Shown here in pieces: positions 57,099 through 64,000 of a stretch of 64,000 nt of DNA (its first letter is position 1; every line of letters starts with the position of its first letter). The notes under the pieces are model-generated. The model was not told the DNA's origin. It was given only the letters and a program-made list of their open reading frames with translations, and did no database searches. The stretch comes from an uncultured bacterium (GTDB taxonomy: Bacteria; Pseudomonadota; Gammaproteobacteria; Xanthomonadales; Rhodanobacteraceae), in the NCBI GenBank assembly GCA_966424745.1, contig CBJLOV010000001.1:9571-73570 (forward strand), given 5' to 3'. The position numbers and the translations under genes were made by a program.

Positions 57099-57619
57099 AG
57101 GGACGACTCCGTGATCGTTGATCGGGACGGCGGAACGGCGGCACGGACGCGCCCCGAGCCGCGTCAGGCGCGTCGAGATCGTCCGCATATTCTTTTCGGT
57201 TTTTCCCCGCGGCCAGTTGACGATATCCATTCGATATAGTCAAGCAGACATATCGTCAGCGGGATCCCATCGCGAAACGGCGCTGCCGGGCCCGATTCCT
57301 GGTGTCGGCGAGTTCGCACTCTCAACGCTTCGGCGCGCGCCGAGCACCGTTCGGCGCGCGTGGAAGTATCTCTTGTAAGGAAATCCGCCTACGCTGCGTC
57401 TACTGGGTGAACGCAGCGCAACATCGATTTTTCTTGCCTGCGCCAGGGTTGGGACATACCGTAACGGAAGAAAAGGCGAAGACTCTGCACATCGGGTTCT
57501 TTTTGCGCGTCATATAACCTTTTCTTCACATCGATATGTCCTTTCAGCATCGCCGGCCCGCAGCGCACTTCGGCTGCGGCAACTGCGATTCACCATGTCA
57601 CATCCTCGAGGAGCACATC

Positions 57620-58012
57620 ATGTCGAACAAACTGATCAAACCGCTTTCCATCGCCATCGGCACGGGCCTCATCGGCTCGCGCGCGCTCGCCCAGATCGCC
57701 CAGGCGAATCCGACGTTCCATATGAACAGCCTCGTCGCCGGCTATACGCAATCCGCGATCGGCAACGAAGGCAAGTGCGGCGAAGGCAAGTGCGGCGCCA
57801 CCAAGGGCAAGAAGTGCACGGAAATGCCGGACAAGGCGGCGCAGGACAAGTGCATGACCGAAGCGCATGCGGACAAGGCGAAGGGCAAGGAAGGCTCCTG
57901 CTCGGCCGACAAGAAAGGCAAGGAAGGCTCCTGCAGCGCCGACAAGAAGGGCAAAGAGGGTTCCTGCTCGGCCGACAAGAAGGGCAAGGAAGGCTCCTGC
58001 AGCGGCCATTGA
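57620..58012 (+). CDS. Cys-repeat RiPP-type precursor, HvfA-like (EGKCG motifs plus tandem EGSCS units)
   Basis: ATG 57620 with GAGGAG upstream. Signal peptide [29 protein letters not shown]. Then [27 protein letters not shown], four copies of [11 protein letters not shown], and a final CSGH. A DUF692 gene follows 1 nt downstream. Confidence 0.75.
   Translation: MSNKLIKPLSIAIGTGLIGSRALAQIAQANPTFHMNSLVAGYTQSAIGNEGKCGEGKCGATKGKKCTEMPDKAAQDKCMTEAHADKAKGKEGSCSADKKGKEGSCSADKKGKEGSCSADKKGKEGSCSGH
57881..58009 (+). repeat. four in-frame tandem 33-nt repeats (11-aa unit [11 protein letters not shown])
   Basis: Units at 57881-57913, 57914-57946, 57947-57979 and 57980-58009. The Ser codon after Cys alternates TCG/AGC/TCG/AGC. 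Confidence 0.9.
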
Positions 58013-58013
58013 G

Positions 58014-58883
58014 ATGACCGCTCGCGCCCCTCACGGCGCGGGACTCGGCCTGCGGCGGGCTCTTATCGGCCCGCTGCAGGACGCTCTCGAACAGAGCGGC
58101 CCCGACGCCCCGATCGACTTCTTCGAAGTCGCGCCGGAAAATTGGATCAACGTCGGCGGCAAGCTGGGCAAGACCTTCCGTTCGTTCACCGAGCGGTTTC
58201 CTTTCGTCTGCCACGGCCTGTCGCTCTCGCTCGGCGGCCCCGCGCCGCTCGACGAGACGCTGCTGCACAAGATCCGCCGCCTGCTCGACGAGCACGGCGT
58301 CGCCGTCTACAGCGAGCATCTGTCGTACTGCTCGGACGACGGCCATCTCTACGATCTGCTGCCGATCCCGTTCACCGAAGCGGCCGTGGACTATGTCGCC
58401 GCGCGCATCCGCCGCACGCAGGACATCATCGGCAGGCGCATCGCCATCGAGAACGTCTCGTCCTACGCCACGCCCGGCCGGGAAATGAGCGAAGCCGATT
58501 TCACCAACGCCGTGCTGCGGGCGGCCGACTGCCATCTGCTGCTCGACGTCAACAACGTCTACGTCAACAGCGTCAACCATCGCTACGACGCCAAGGCGTT
58601 CATCGACGCGATGCCCGCCGAGCGCGTCGCCTATCTGCACATCGCCGGCCACTACAACGAGGCACCCGACCTGATCGTGGACAGCCATGCGGCGGCCGTG
58701 ATCGACCCGGTCTGGGACCTGCTCGACCACACCTACGCGCACTGCGGGGTGAAGCCGACCCTGCTCGAACGCGACTTCCGCTTTCCGCCGCTGGCCGAAC
58801 TGCTCGGCGAACTCGATCACATCCGCGCGATCCAAACGCCGCGCCTCGGACAGAGCCATGAACACCGCCGCCTCCGCGCCTGA
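58014..58883 (+). CDS. DUF692/UPF0276 family protein (MbnB-like multinuclear non-heme iron oxidase, MNIO)
   Basis: ATG 58014, in frame with ORF 57867..58883. GAGLGLRR...[11 protein letters not shown]...HGLSLSLGG...YSEHLSY...IENVSSY...[11 protein letters not shown] are typical DUF692 TIM-barrel blocks. Confidence 0.85.
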   Translation: MTARAPHGAGLGLRRALIGPLQDALEQSGPDAPIDFFEVAPENWINVGGKLGKTFRSFTERFPFVCHGLSLSLGGPAPLDETLLHKIRRLLDEHGVAVYSEHLSYCSDDGHLYDLLPIPFTEAAVDYVAARIRRTQDIIGRRIAIENVSSYATPGREMSEADFTNAVLRAADCHLLLDVNNVYVNSVNHRYDAKAFIDAMPAERVAYLHIAGHYNEAPDLIVDSHAAAVIDPVWDLLDHTYAHCGVKPTLLERDFRFPPLAELLGELDHIRAIQTPRLGQSHEHRRLRA

Positions 58884-59640
58884 CCTGTCCGCGACGCAGG
58901 CGCTGCAATACCGCTTCACCGCGCATCTGCGCGACCCCGAGGGCATGCCCGTTCCCGCCGGCATCGAAGACCGGCGCATGGGCGTGTATCGCGAGCTCGT
59001 CTTCGCGAACATGGAGAGTTTCATTTCCTCCAATTTCCCCGTCATCCGCAGCCTGTACGACGATGCGGAATGGGAAGTCATGGCGCGCGAGTTCCTGCGC
59101 GAACACCGCTGCCATACGCCGCTGTTCCCCGAGTTCGGCCGCGAATTCCTGCGCTGGCTCGAGACGCGGCAGGAACAGGGACGCGGCGATCCGCCGTTCC
59201 TGCTCGAACTCGCGCACTACGAATGGGCCGAACTGGCGCTGTCGCTCGACGAGGCCGGCATCGACGCCGTTGCCCATGACCCCGACGGCGATCCCCTGAA
59301 CGGCGTACCGGCGATGTCGCCGCTTGCCTGCGTCCTCGCCTACCGTTTTCCGGTGCATTGCATCTCGGCGGACTATCGCCCGGCCGAGCCGCCCGCCGAA
59401 CCCACCTTGCTCTTGCTCGTACGCGGCCGCGACGACACGGTGCGCTTCCATGAAATCAACGCGCTCAGCGCGATGCTGATCGAGCGCCTGCAGCAGAACA
59501 CGCAGGCCAGCGGCAGCGAATGCCTCGATGCGCTGCTCGCCGCTTACGATCCCGCCGTCGCAGCCAATCTGCGCCCGGCCGGCGAAGCGGTGCTGGGCGA
59601 ACTGAAAGAACACGAAGCCATACTCGGCACTCGTCGGTAA
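58858..59640 (+). CDS. DUF2063 family protein (MbnC/BufC/HvfC-like MNIO partner)
   Basis: 260 aa. [12 protein letters not shown]...[23 protein letters not shown]...[15 protein letters not shown] matches the DUF2063 N-terminal domain pattern. It overlaps the DUF692 gene by 26 nt. Confidence 0.75.
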   Translation: MNTAASAPDLSATQALQYRFTAHLRDPEGMPVPAGIEDRRMGVYRELVFANMESFISSNFPVIRSLYDDAEWEVMAREFLREHRCHTPLFPEFGREFLRWLETRQEQGRGDPPFLLELAHYEWAELALSLDEAGIDAVAHDPDGDPLNGVPAMSPLACVLAYRFPVHCISADYRPAEPPAEPTLLLLVRGRDDTVRFHEINALSAMLIERLQQNTQASGSECLDALLAAYDPAVAANLRPAGEAVLGELKEHEAILGTRR

Positions 59641-59809
59641 AAATACTTCGCCCCTCGTTCCGGCCGGCTCTTGGCCGGAGTCCCGGGGCTCCGGGACTTC
59701 GAACAAGGATTGACAACGGAGAACACGGACAACCCCGAGAGAGAATAGAAAACGAGATCAGCGCCCGGCCTCCGTCAGCGCCCCGTGTTTTCGGCCTGGG
59801 GAAGTATTT
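59641..59809. repeat. 169-bp inverted-repeat element (MITE/REP-like), immediately after the DUF2063 gene stop
   Basis: Termini are AAATACTTCGCCCC (59641-59654) and GGGGAAGTATTT (59798-59809). Internal hairpins are CCGGCC..GGCCGG and AGTCCCGG-GGCT-CCGGGACT, and GAGAACACGG pairs with CCGTGTTTTC. Confidence 0.5.
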
Positions 59810-59892
59810 CTACCTAGATTCGACGCGAATCCAATGGAAACGGGCGAATCCGACTGCTTTTCTTCGTGTTCCCGTGGTTCAATCTCCAAGCT

Positions 59893-60071
59893 CTCAGAGC
59901 CTGTTCACGATCTACAGCGGCACGTCGAAGTCGTCCACAAATATTCGAGCGCCGCCTTGTTCGCAGAGTTCGATTCATCGAACCCGCGCTGTTCGGCAAC
60001 CGAAAGCAAAGGCCGGGCTCGATGAATCGAGCCCCTGTGCAGCATTCCCGAGATCGTGAACAGGCTCTCAG
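59893..60071. repeat. about 180-bp nested long-range inverted repeat
   Basis: The outer stem is 18 bp and perfect: AGAGCCTGTTCACGATCT (59896-59913) with AGATCGTGAACAGGCTCT (60051-60068). The inner stem is GTTCGATTCATCGAACCCG (59968-59986) with CGGGCTCGATGAATCGAGC (60014-60032), 17 of 19 complementary. The apical stem is TTCGG-CAA-CCGAA. Confidence 0.6.
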
Positions 60072-60201
60072 GCTTATCCGGTTCGTTCCAACGCAGATGC
60101 CACGGGGCGAGTTTGTGCGGAAGCGACACCGGTGTTTTTTCGTTGTAAGGATCGACCGCTACGTTCGTCCAATCGACAACACAAAGCATCGAGGAGTCGC
60201 C

Positions 60202-60855
60202 GTGCAAAACCTCATCTCGCTCTGGCAAACGCTCACCGCCCGCCTGCGCGGGGTCGGCGAATCGCTGCCGCCGCTCGTGCTGCGCCTGATCATGGGTTGG
60301 GAATTCTGGGAATCCGGCTGGGAAAAATATTCGGGTGACAACTGGTTCGCCGACATCCAGTCCCGATTCCCGTTTCCGTTCAGCGCGATCCCCGCCGACA
60401 TCAGCTGGACGTTGGCGACCTATCTCGAGATCGGCGGGGCCGTCCTGCTCCTGCTCGGCCTGTTCACGCGCTTTGCCGCATACAGCCTCATCGTACTGAC
60501 TTTCGTCGCCACGGCCGCGGTGCATTGGCCCGACATGATTTCGATGTGGAGCGATCTCGCCAAAGGCTACGCGATCACCGACATGGGACACGGCAACTTC
60601 AAACTGCCGCTGCTGTTCGTCGTCATGCTGTTGCCGATCGTCTTCTCGGGGCCCGGCAAGATCAGCCTCGACCACTTGCTCTCGCGCGCATTGCGTGCCG
60701 GCCCGGCCGCGCTGCCGTTGAACGATGCCTATGCCTGGGCCTTGGCCAGTCTTGCGCTCGCCATCCCGTTCCTGCTGCTGACACCGCTGTTCGGCGCAAC
60801 CCTGCTGCTCGTCGCGGCAGCGCTGTTCGTGTTCGGCCGGTTTGCACGGACGTGA
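60202..60855 (+). CDS. DoxX family membrane protein
   Basis: GTG 60202 with GAGGAG five nt upstream. LVLRLIMGWEFWESGWEKY...LEIGGAVLLLLGLFTRFAAYSLIVLTFVA is a typical DoxX pattern. The ORF-track 5' extension (59866-60201) is Arg-rich and covers the inverted repeats. Confidence 0.75.
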   Translation: MQNLISLWQTLTARLRGVGESLPPLVLRLIMGWEFWESGWEKYSGDNWFADIQSRFPFPFSAIPADISWTLATYLEIGGAVLLLLGLFTRFAAYSLIVLTFVATAAVHWPDMISMWSDLAKGYAITDMGHGNFKLPLLFVVMLLPIVFSGPGKISLDHLLSRALRAGPAALPLNDAYAWALASLALAIPFLLLTPLFGATLLLVAAALFVFGRFART

Positions 60856-60862
60856 GGCCGCC

Positions 60863-61324
60863 ATGTCCACGCTCCCGTCCGACACTGCGCTGCGCAACCA
60901 TCCGCTGCGCGAAGGAATACGTCGCAATGCGGTCGCGCTGATCAGCCTCGCCGTCGCCCTGTTCGGCACCAGCTACAACACTTGGCGCAACCAGACCACC
61001 GAGGCGCACCGCAACGTGCGCGAAGCGTCGTTCAAGCTGCTCGAAGCCTGCGGCGAACTGCAGCAGCTCGTGCAGCACCGCTACTACGGCGGCGATCATT
61101 CGCCGATGAACTGGATCGCGGGCTGGGGCAAGGCGACCTTGATCCGCGACATGGCGCCGCTGGTATCGCCGGCCGTGCAGGCGCGCGCGGACAAACTGTT
61201 CGCGGTATGGAAGGAAAACGCCGGCGAACTCGACAGCGGCCGCGGCGATTCGGAAAAGGCCGTCGAATCCGCCCTCGATGAAGTCGCCGACGCGACGCGC
61301 GCGGAACTCCTGGCGCTGCGCTGA
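60863..61324 (+). CDS. hypothetical single-TM protein
   Basis: ATG 60863, 7 nt after the doxX stop. 153 aa with one TM (AVALISLAVALFGTSY) and a helical C-terminal domain. I recognise no family. Confidence 0.55.
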   Translation: MSTLPSDTALRNHPLREGIRRNAVALISLAVALFGTSYNTWRNQTTEAHRNVREASFKLLEACGELQQLVQHRYYGGDHSPMNWIAGWGKATLIRDMAPLVSPAVQARADKLFAVWKENAGELDSGRGDSEKAVESALDEVADATRAELLALR

Positions 61325-61396
61325 TCGCGGCGACACCGCGTCCTGGTCTCGCCGCGTCGGATTGAGATCGCCGACGCGGGCACGTATGCTGCGGGC

Positions 61397-62020
61397 ATGT
61401 CTGCAGCGCACACCAACAAATACGCCGAGCGGTTCCGCGGCTTCCTTCCGGTCGTCGTCGACGTCGAAACCGGCGGCTTCGACAGCGAGCGCGACGCGCT
61501 GCTCGAGATCGCCGCGGTCGTCGTGCGCATGGACGAGAACGGCATCGTCCATGCGGACGCGCCCGTCTCGACGCACGTCGTGCCGTTCCCCGGCGCGAAC
61601 ATCGATCCGCGCGCGCTCGAAGTCACCGGCATCGATCCGACCCATCCGTTCCGCGCCGCGATCGAGGAGCGCGAGGCGCTCGATCTGATCTTCCGGCCGA
61701 TCCGCCGCGCCCTGCGCGAGTACGAATGCTCGCGCGCGATCCTCGTCGGCCACAACGCCTCGTTCGACCTCGGTTTTCTCAACGCGGCGATCCGGCGCAC
61801 CGGCTACAAGCGCAGCCCGTTCCACCTGTTCAGTTGCTTCGATACGGCGACGCTCGGCGGCCTCGCCTATGGCCAGACCGTGCTCAGCCGCGCCGTGCAG
61901 GCCGCCGGGTTCGACTGGAACGAATCCGAAGCGCATTCCGCTGTCTACGACGCCGAGCGCACCGCGCTGCTGTTCTGCGAGATCGTCAATCGCTGGAAGA
62001 CCCTGAGCGAAGCCTGCTGA
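61397..62020 (+). CDS. rnt: ribonuclease T
   Basis: DEDDh exonuclease motifs: [29 protein letters not shown]. The [10 protein letters not shown]-terminus is typical of RNase T. Confidence 0.9.
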   Translation: MSAAHTNKYAERFRGFLPVVVDVETGGFDSERDALLEIAAVVVRMDENGIVHADAPVSTHVVPFPGANIDPRALEVTGIDPTHPFRAAIEEREALDLIFRPIRRALREYECSRAILVGHNASFDLGFLNAAIRRTGYKRSPFHLFSCFDTATLGGLAYGQTVLSRAVQAAGFDWNESEAHSAVYDAERTALLFCEIVNRWKTLSEAC

Positions 62021-62104
62021 GCGGCGCGGTCTGCTGCACCCGGGCGGTAGGTATTGCTAACATCGGCACCGGCACACTGTTTCTTTTGCACGGAGTTCCA
62101 AGCC

Positions 62105-62722
62105 ATGACCCTGTCGCGAGAGCCGCGCCTGCACCCGGTCGCCATCGCCAACCTGCGCCCGACCCAGATCACCGTCGGCATGCGCGAGGTCGACGCCAAG
62201 CGCAAGAACTGGAAAAACCATCCGGACTACAAGAAGCCCGACTTCCTCGGCAAGCACATGATCCCGGTGGTCTGGGGGCCGAAAGAAAACTACTACGTCA
62301 TCGACCATCACCACCTTTCCCTCGCCCTGCACCGCGAGGGCGTGAAGGACATCGCGATCACGGTCGTTGCCGATCTGCGCAGGCTCGAAGCGGACGCGTT
62401 CTGGATCTATCTCGACAATCGCGGCTGGATGCACCCGTTCGATGAAAAAGGACGGCGCTGCGGCTACGCGGACATCCCGAAGAAGATCACCGAACTCGTC
62501 GACGATCCGTTCCGCAGCCTTGCCGGCGAGCTGCGCCGCATGGGCGGATTCGCCAAGGACACCACGCCGTTCAGCGAATTTCTCTGGGCCGACTTCCTGC
62601 GCCGCAGGATCAAGCGCAAGCAGGTCGACGCGGATTTCGACAAGTCGCTGGAAAAAGCGCTGAAGCTGGCGAAAAGCGGCGACGCCGACTATCTGCCGGG
62701 CTGGTGCGGACCGATCGATTGA
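62105..62722 (+). CDS. ParB-like nuclease-domain protein (ParB/Srx fold)
   Basis: ATG 62105. IANLRPTQITVGMREV...YYVIDHHHLSLAL is the pattern of the stand-alone ParB-like family. Confidence 0.6.
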   Translation: MTLSREPRLHPVAIANLRPTQITVGMREVDAKRKNWKNHPDYKKPDFLGKHMIPVVWGPKENYYVIDHHHLSLALHREGVKDIAITVVADLRRLEADAFWIYLDNRGWMHPFDEKGRRCGYADIPKKITELVDDPFRSLAGELRRMGGFAKDTTPFSEFLWADFLRRRIKRKQVDADFDKSLEKALKLAKSGDADYLPGWCGPID

Positions 62723-62776
62723 TCTCGGGGCGCGTGGGACGAAATCGTTTGCGCGTGGGGGGAAAACAGAAAGCGT

Positions 62777-62865
62777 TTGACGCGGATCAGAGCGGATGAA
62801 CGCGGATGGAGCGGATCAAACAGATCCGGCTTCATTTTGTTCTATCCGACGGGATCCGCTTTTGC
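62777..62865. repeat. cluster of GCGGAT / ATCCGC short repeats forming hairpins (REP-like)
   Basis: GCGGAT occurs at 62782, 62792, 62802 and 62811, a period of 9-10 nt. Complementary ATCCG(G/A/C) occurs at 62824, 62844 and 62854. AGCGGATC-AAACA-GATCCGGCT forms a hairpin. Confidence 0.55.
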
Positions 62866-62880
62866 TCCCTGCAACCCGCG

Positions 62881-63051
62881 TTATAAATTTCCTTCCGCGC
62901 GAATAACACGGCAGGCCAGCTCGAGCACCGCCTCCAGCGTGCGCAGCCGGCGGATGCCGATGTCGCCGAAGACGACACCGAGCGCGCCAAGAGCGAGGGC
63001 CGCAAGCGCGGGACGCTTGCCCGCATTCGATTCCGTATTGCCGGACGACAT
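62881..63051 (-). pseudogene. 5' remnant of a Kup/HAK/KT potassium transporter gene
   Basis: It is the last 56 codons of ORF 62881..63948, from ATG 63049-63051 with AAGGA upstream. ALAALALGALGVVFGDIG is the conserved Kup N-terminal motif. The following residues (IRRLRTLEAV versus the expected TSPLYxLxE) are degenerate, and the frame stops after 56 aa. Confidence 0.45.
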
Positions 63052-63261
63052 CGAGTGGTTTCCTTGAAGATCGGTCATTCCCTGCCCGCCGCGCCGCGGT
63101 CGAAGCGGCGCGATGATAGGCGGCCGACCGTTAAGGTTTGACGTCGGCGGCCGCACGGTTCGAAACTGAACGAATTCCGCACCGCCCGCGGCGGCCATGT
63201 CCGCGCCCCACCGCCGTCCGCGTTGTGGAACTTGCAGCACCCACCCATCCGGGAGAATTCC

Positions 63262-64000
63262 ATGAACGTTGCAGGGTCCACCCATCGCACTTCCCGCGCT
63301 CGCGTCTGGCTTGCGCGCTCGCTCGTCGCCCTCGCCGCCGCGACCGCGCTGACCGCCGTCACCACGCCCACGGCACACGCCGGCGTGTTCGTCTCGGTCA
63401 ACTTCGCGCCGCCGGCGCTGCCGGTCTACGTGCAGCCGGCGATTCCGGGCCCGGGCTATATCTGGACCCCCGGCTACTGGGCCTATGACCCCGTCACCGG
63501 CTACTACTGGGTGCCGGGCACCTGGGTGCTGCCGCCGTACACGGGCGCACTGTGGACGCCGGGCTACTGGGGCTGGTCGAGCGGCGTCTACCTCTTCCAC
63601 CCGGGCTACTGGGGCCTGCACGTCGGCTACTACGGCGGCATCAACTACGGCTTCGGCTATGTCGGCGCCGGCTATGTCGGCGGCTATTGGGGCCCGCGCG
63701 GGTTCTATTACAACCGCGAGGTCAACCACATCACCAACGTCAACATCACCAACGTCTACAACAAGACGGTGATCAACAACACCAATGTGACGCGGGTGAG
63801 CTACAACGGCCCCGGCGGCGCGAACGCACAGCCGAACGCCGAGGAGATGCGCTACGCGAACGAGCGGCACACGCCGGCCATCGCCGCGCAGGTGCAGCAC
63901 CAGACGCTGGCCAGCCAGAACCAGGCGATGCGCGCATCGGTCAATCACGGCACGCCGGCCGTCGCCGCGACGGCGCGCCCCGGCGCATTCGCTGCAAGCG
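63262..64000 (+). CDS. YXWGXW repeat-containing secreted protein (5' partial, runs off the window)
   Basis: It is absent from the ORF track because there is no stop codon before the window end. ATG 63262 with GGGAGA upstream. Signal peptide ...LTAVTTPTAHA. Repeats are PGYWAY, GYYWVPGTW, PGYWGW, PGYWGL and GGYWG. I read the frame through to 64000 without a stop. Confidence 0.75.
   Translation, partial: MNVAGSTHRTSRARVWLARSLVALAAATALTAVTTPTAHAGVFVSVNFAPPALPVYVQPAIPGPGYIWTPGYWAYDPVTGYYWVPGTWVLPPYTGALWTPGYWGWSSGVYLFHPGYWGLHVGYYGGINYGFGYVGAGYVGGYWGPRGFYYNREVNHITNVNITNVYNKTVINNTNVTRVSYNGPGGANAQPNAEEMRYANERHTPAIAAQVQHQTLASQNQAMRASVNHGTPAVAATARPGAFAAS

Noticed and set aside
57881-58009. Tandem 33-nt repeats considered as a CRISPR-like or minisatellite array
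   Set aside because: There are no spacers. The units are contiguous, in frame and encode a conserved peptide within a gene.
57590-58017. Alternative-frame ORFs over the precursor repeats (57590..58009 minus, 57595..58017 plus, and the 5' part of 57867..58883)
   Set aside because: They are by-products of the 33-nt tandem repeats. The frame with a signal peptide, an RBS (GAGGAG) and Cys motifs is the plausible one. The DUF692 gene starts at ATG 58014.
60126-60141. ACACCGGTGT plus T6 (and the similar GCGACCGGTCGC plus T-run at 36478-36500) as rho-independent terminators
   Set aside because: These are perfect palindromes without a loop, so they would form only a 4-5-bp stem. That is too weak to call an intrinsic terminator. 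They are kept only as notes within the repeat findings.
59866-60201. 112-codon N-terminal extension of the DoxX ORF
   Set aside because: The extension is Arg-rich and coincides with the nested inverted repeats. A GTG with a GAGGAG RBS at 60202 gives a normal-length DoxX protein.
62881-63948. 355-aa minus-strand ORF
   Set aside because: Most of it is antisense to the YXWGXW-repeat gene and is Arg/Asp/Val-rich. Only its last 56 codons (63051 down to 62881) resemble a real protein, the Kup N-terminus.

Overview
GC-rich chromosomal segment from a diderm proteobacterium. It carries Lol/MsbA/LpxK envelope genes and porins of the type common in Betaproteobacteria; I cannot assign the taxon from sequence alone. 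I support about 60 protein-coding genes. By eye I found no rRNA, tRNA, CRISPR array, transposase or integrase.

Gene content from left to right:
- an atypical SDR, and mgtA
- lpxK-msbA-exbD-exbB (minus strand), and comEC
- lolD plus a single Lol permease, and a small beta-barrel OMP
- a succinate dehydrogenase operon extended on both sides by assembly factors: DUF1674/SDHAF4-like, then sdhCDAB, then sdhE and a cptA/ygfX-like gene, with ygfZ divergent
- a strongly AT-rich islet followed by a SleB-like cell-wall hydrolase
- mgtE, a TatD-family gene, tcdA, a class II cytochrome c-like protein, two divergent pirins, a cold-shock protein and a KirBac-type K+ channel
- a translationally coupled GNAT/FemAB-like plus arginase-fold gene pair
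- RND efflux operon 1 (OMF-MFP-RND)
- a PadR regulator plus a DUF1700/sensor membrane protein
- a translationally coupled HisRS plus MIO ammonia-lyase pair
- a beta-barrel OMP with a secreted TonB_C-domain protein, and a GntP permease
- a porin, an OmpR/HK two-component system, RND operon 2 (RND-MFP-OMF) and a paralogous porin
- a RiPP-like cluster: Cys-repeat precursor, DUF692 (MNIO), DUF2063, DoxX, and a single-TM orphan
- RNase T, a ParB-like protein, a kup 5' remnant, and a YXWGXW-repeat protein that runs off the window end

Best leads:
1. The MNIO-type metallophore-like cluster at 57.6-61.3 kb. Its precursor carries EGKCG motifs plus four tandem [11 protein letters not shown] units. A 560-nt block of nested inverted repeats separates it from doxX.
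2. The overlapping HisRS / MIO ammonia-lyase operon.
3. The GNAT-like plus arginase-fold pair.
4. An RND pump lacking the canonical D-D/K proton-relay residues.
5. The SDH assembly-factor neighbourhood.
6. Several families of intergenic hairpin, REP-like or MITE-like repeats, and a motif shared upstream of padR and efflux operon 1.

All functional calls come from reading the translated ORFs against remembered family signatures. No database search was run.
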